Shown here: positions 61,201-64,000 of the stretch, one piece after another | Numbering within the stretch: the first letter of the stretch is position 1 | Layout: every line of letters begins with the position of its first letter | Origin: Squalus acanthias | Taxonomy: Eukaryota | Reading direction: 5' to 3' | NCBI GenBank assembly: GCA_030390025.1 | Contig: CM059438.1 | Coordinates: 52,888,001 to 52,952,000 of the forward strand | Length of the DNA stretch: 64,000 nucleotides | The notes under the pieces: model-generated | Seen by the model: only the letters and a program-made list of their open reading frames with translations | Database searches by the model: none | What the model was told of the DNA's origin: nothing | Made by a program: the position numbers and the translations under genes

Positions 61201-62337
61201 GCCTAAAGAAATGGTGGGAATGTTTGTGGTAAACGTCGAGGTTCGTGTGATTATATTTATTTACTGTTTTGCCGTTTATCTCCATCTTGTGAGAACGAGT
61301 TCTGTTAGTTCATGATTTGTTGTGTTGGTTTCTAATTGTTTGTCCTGAATAAATGACACACACAGAGTTTGTTAAATAAAAAAGTTTTTGTATTCAAAAT
61401 TTACATTTTCGGTCTTTGGAATCATTCCAGCTTTGGCCGGCAATAGGGGGTGCGGGTTGCTTTCCATGATGTTGTTCTCCATGCCAGAAGCCATCTTCTG
61501 AGTAGGGGCCTAGAAGCGGCTTCTTATCAGCCGTTCACGGACGGCCCTTGCACTGGCAACATTGTGCGCCTCCCTCCCACGTTGGTGCTGCTGCTGATCC
61601 TCCTCCTCATCCTCCTCAGGTGGTGCACCAATCCCTGGTGGCATTGGCTGGGTCCTCAGGATTGCCAGGTTGTGAAGCATGCAGCACACAACTATGAACA
61701 GGGAGACTCGCTCAGGAGAGTACTGCAGGGCTCCTCCCTGAGTGGTCGAGACAGCGGAACCGTTGCTTGAGCACGCCAATCGTCTGCTCAATTATGTTCC
61801 TGGTGGCGATATGGCTCTCATTATACCGCAGCTCGGCAGGGGTTTTGGGGTTACGGAGCGGTGTCATCAGCCAGGTGCAGAGTGGATAACCCTTGTCCCC
61901 GAGGAGCCATCCACTTGGGTGATGCGGTGCCTGGAAAAGGTCTGGCACACCAGTCTGGCGCAGGATGAAAGCATCGTGGCTGCTGCCAGGATAGCGGGCA
62001 TTGACGGAGGCTGTGAGCTGTGTGGTCACAGACCAACTGCACATTTAAGGAGTGGTAGCCCTTGCGGTTTCGGAATACCTCTGCATTTTCATGCGGTGCC
62101 CGCAATGCCACATGCGTGCAGTCAATGGCGCCCTGCATCATGGGGAAGCCCGCTATCCTAGCAAAGCCACACGCGCGTTCATGCTGTTTGGCCCGGGTCA
62201 TGTGGAAAGAGATGTACTGGCGTCTCCTTTTATACAGGGCATTTGTCACCTCCCGGATACAACAATGGACAGCGAACTGGGAGATATTGGCGATGTCTCC
62301 AGTAGAAGTTGAAAGGAGTCACTGGCATAAAAATTCA

Positions 62338-62424
62338 CTGCTAACTTACCTGACGAAGGAGCGAACTGCTTCGAAAGCTTGTAAAATTAAATAAATCTGT
62401 TGGACCTGGTGTTGTGCGACTTCT
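62338..62424 (+). mobile_element. 87-bp Penelope-like 3'-end insertion
   Basis: Perfect 12-bp TSD CATAAAAATTCA at 62326-62337 and 62425-62436. Removing the insert and one TSD copy restores ALNFY-ASDSFQ in the transposase. Confidence 0.8.
62346..62384 (+). ncRNA. Minimal type-I hammerhead ribozyme motif
   Basis: TTAC CTGACGA A GGAGC GAACT GCTTC GAAA GCTT GTAA. Stem I is TTAC/GTAA, stem II is GGAGC/GCTTC and stem III is the palindrome AGCT. Confidence 0.72.
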
Positions 62425-62964
62425 CATAAAAATTCAGAGCCACTGTTACCTTCACTGCCACCGACAGAGACGTCGTGGTTCTGAGTTGAGGCTGCAGATT
62501 TGGTTGCAGCAGGTGGCAGAGCTCAGTGACCACCTCCTTGCTGAAGCGCAGCCTGCGCAAACACTGCTCCTCAGACAAATGAAGGTATGAGAACTGCTCC
62601 CTGAATACCCTCGGAGGGTAAGGTCTCCTGTGCAGAGGCCTGTTGGCCCTCCTCCCTCTGGCCATGTTTGCCACTCTCTCTCTGCATCTCTGCTGCCTCC
62701 AATTCTGCAGGTGCAGGACGATGCCCCGATTCAGTGCAGGCCCCATAGTCTTTTCTAAATTGCTGGAATGAAGGTCAAATCAAAATGAACCTGCAAAGTG
62801 CAGCTCAGCACCCAAAACTCCTTCACACAGTGTTGAATCTCTCCAGAAGTCTCTCTCCCTCTCAGAATGCGTAGCGCAAAAATTTCGCAGACAAGAAAAG
62901 GCAGGAAGCGGCCGCCTTTAAATAGCGCTCCCCCAGCCCCTTCCCGACTGCAAAACGTTCCCCG

Positions 62965-63999
62965 TGAAAGGATTCGCAAAATTTCATGTGTTCCCCCCCC
63001 CCCGAAGATTTTTTGTTGGACTTATTAATAAGGAACCCTGGTCAGACTGAGTTTTAAAATCCAGGGCATAAAATGGCCGCGGTCGGACCTCGTGACCGAG
63101 AGCCTGGCAGTTTCATTTCAGACGCCGCTGGGAAGCTATCAGCTTGTGTATTCAGATGTCTGCAACAGGAAGTTACAGGACCTTTCCTTATGCATTACAA
63201 TCAGGTCTATGCATAAGGCTTTCAAGGTGTTTGCTCAAATAATCAGCGGGGACATTGAGACGGGGCTGGGCCCATCAACGGAACTGTTCTGGACAATCAT
63301 CCAACCTGTCGAACAATAGGGTGGCAGTTGAAGAACTGGTATCATACAATTACCTGCCATCTAACATGATGGGCCGAGACCAGTACCTTTTGTTAAAATT
63401 CATCATGCCCAGATCAGACAATAGAAATGAGCTGATCGGTAGGAAGATTAGGGCGTCCGGGAGGGGTATAACTGGGAAGACCCAGCCATTTCTCGCTCTC
63501 TCTGCCTGGACCCTCGGTTCGCTCTGTCTGCTGGCCAGCAGCCCAGAAAGAAGACTGCCAGAAACTTCGGAGCCACGTGTCGACGGCAGAAACAGAGCAC
63601 AGGGCCAGGTTTTTCCATCCATTTCACCGGTGAGCATTATCTTTCTTCTGGCTGTCGCAAGACAATTCTAGTTAGGCATAAGGGTGGGAGGTAATGGGGA
63701 TATTGCAAAAATTGTAATTTTAGGATTTTCCCTCGATGTGTCCGTTCTCTTCCCATGCTAAGTGTAAAACCGTCTTCATATGATACTGTTTCTCTGTAGT
63801 TTTACTTCTGTAAATAAACATTGGTTTTCCTCGCACCAATCCACGGGTCTGTTCGTTTGTCCTTATCGCCGCTCAATAAGTCCTGGGCTCAGAACTAATA
63901 ATAAGGGGTAGCGATTCGCAACCGCTGCAGCGGGCAGAGAAGTCCAGGAAAACATAACTGGCTGACCTACAAATAAGCCCGAGACAAAAACCTCTTACA
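62965..63999 (+). mobile_element. Probable solo LTR inserted in the Harbinger subterminal region
   Basis: Harbinger homology stops abruptly at TGAAAGG. AATAAA at 63813. Ends CCTCTTACA. The single following base (C) fits a CCCG TSD, but the window ends there. Confidence 0.5.
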
Positions 64000-64000
64000 C

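Larger units (their letters stand above)
61510..62746 (-). pseudogene. Harbinger DDE transposase (copy 4), disrupted
   Basis: Motifs [37 protein letters not shown] and [17 protein letters not shown]. Frameshifts and an 87-bp insert. Confidence 0.9.
59087..62964 (-). mobile_element. PIF/Harbinger two-gene element (copy 4), transposase-side end interrupted by a probable LTR
   Basis: TTA followed by the TIR GGGGGAGAAATTCGGTATCGCCCC. Myb gene on + and transposase on -. Confidence 0.88.

Noticed and set aside
63255..63671. 138-aa ORF near the window end
   Set aside because: It has no motifs and lies within the probable LTR.

Overview
Eukaryotic (vertebrate, very probably shark/ray) repeat-saturated DNA. 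No complete host protein-coding gene is visible. Almost all of the window is nested transposable elements. (1) About ten CR1-clade LINE copies or fragments; one near-full-length copy keeps an intact zinc-finger/leucine-zipper plus SGNH-esterase ORF1. (2) A cluster of PIF/Harbinger DNA transposons: four two-gene copies and two older remnants, each with an intronless DDE transposase and a convergent 3-exon Myb/SANT-like gene, all pseudogenised. At least seven Harbinger-type MITEs are present, two of them deletion derivatives of two-gene copies in this window. (3) HE1/V-SINE-like and DeuSINE-like tRNA SINEs. (4) An inverted pair of RTE 3' ends. (5) Penelope-like fragments carrying minimal hammerhead-ribozyme motifs, including an 87-bp insertion that is little more than a hammerhead and is flanked by a 12-bp TSD. 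(6) An LTR with a tRNA-Arg-type PBS and a probable solo LTR. Two possible minus-strand micro-exons hint that the window lies within large introns of a host gene. Coordinates were read by eye. Family names rest on recalled motifs, not database searches.
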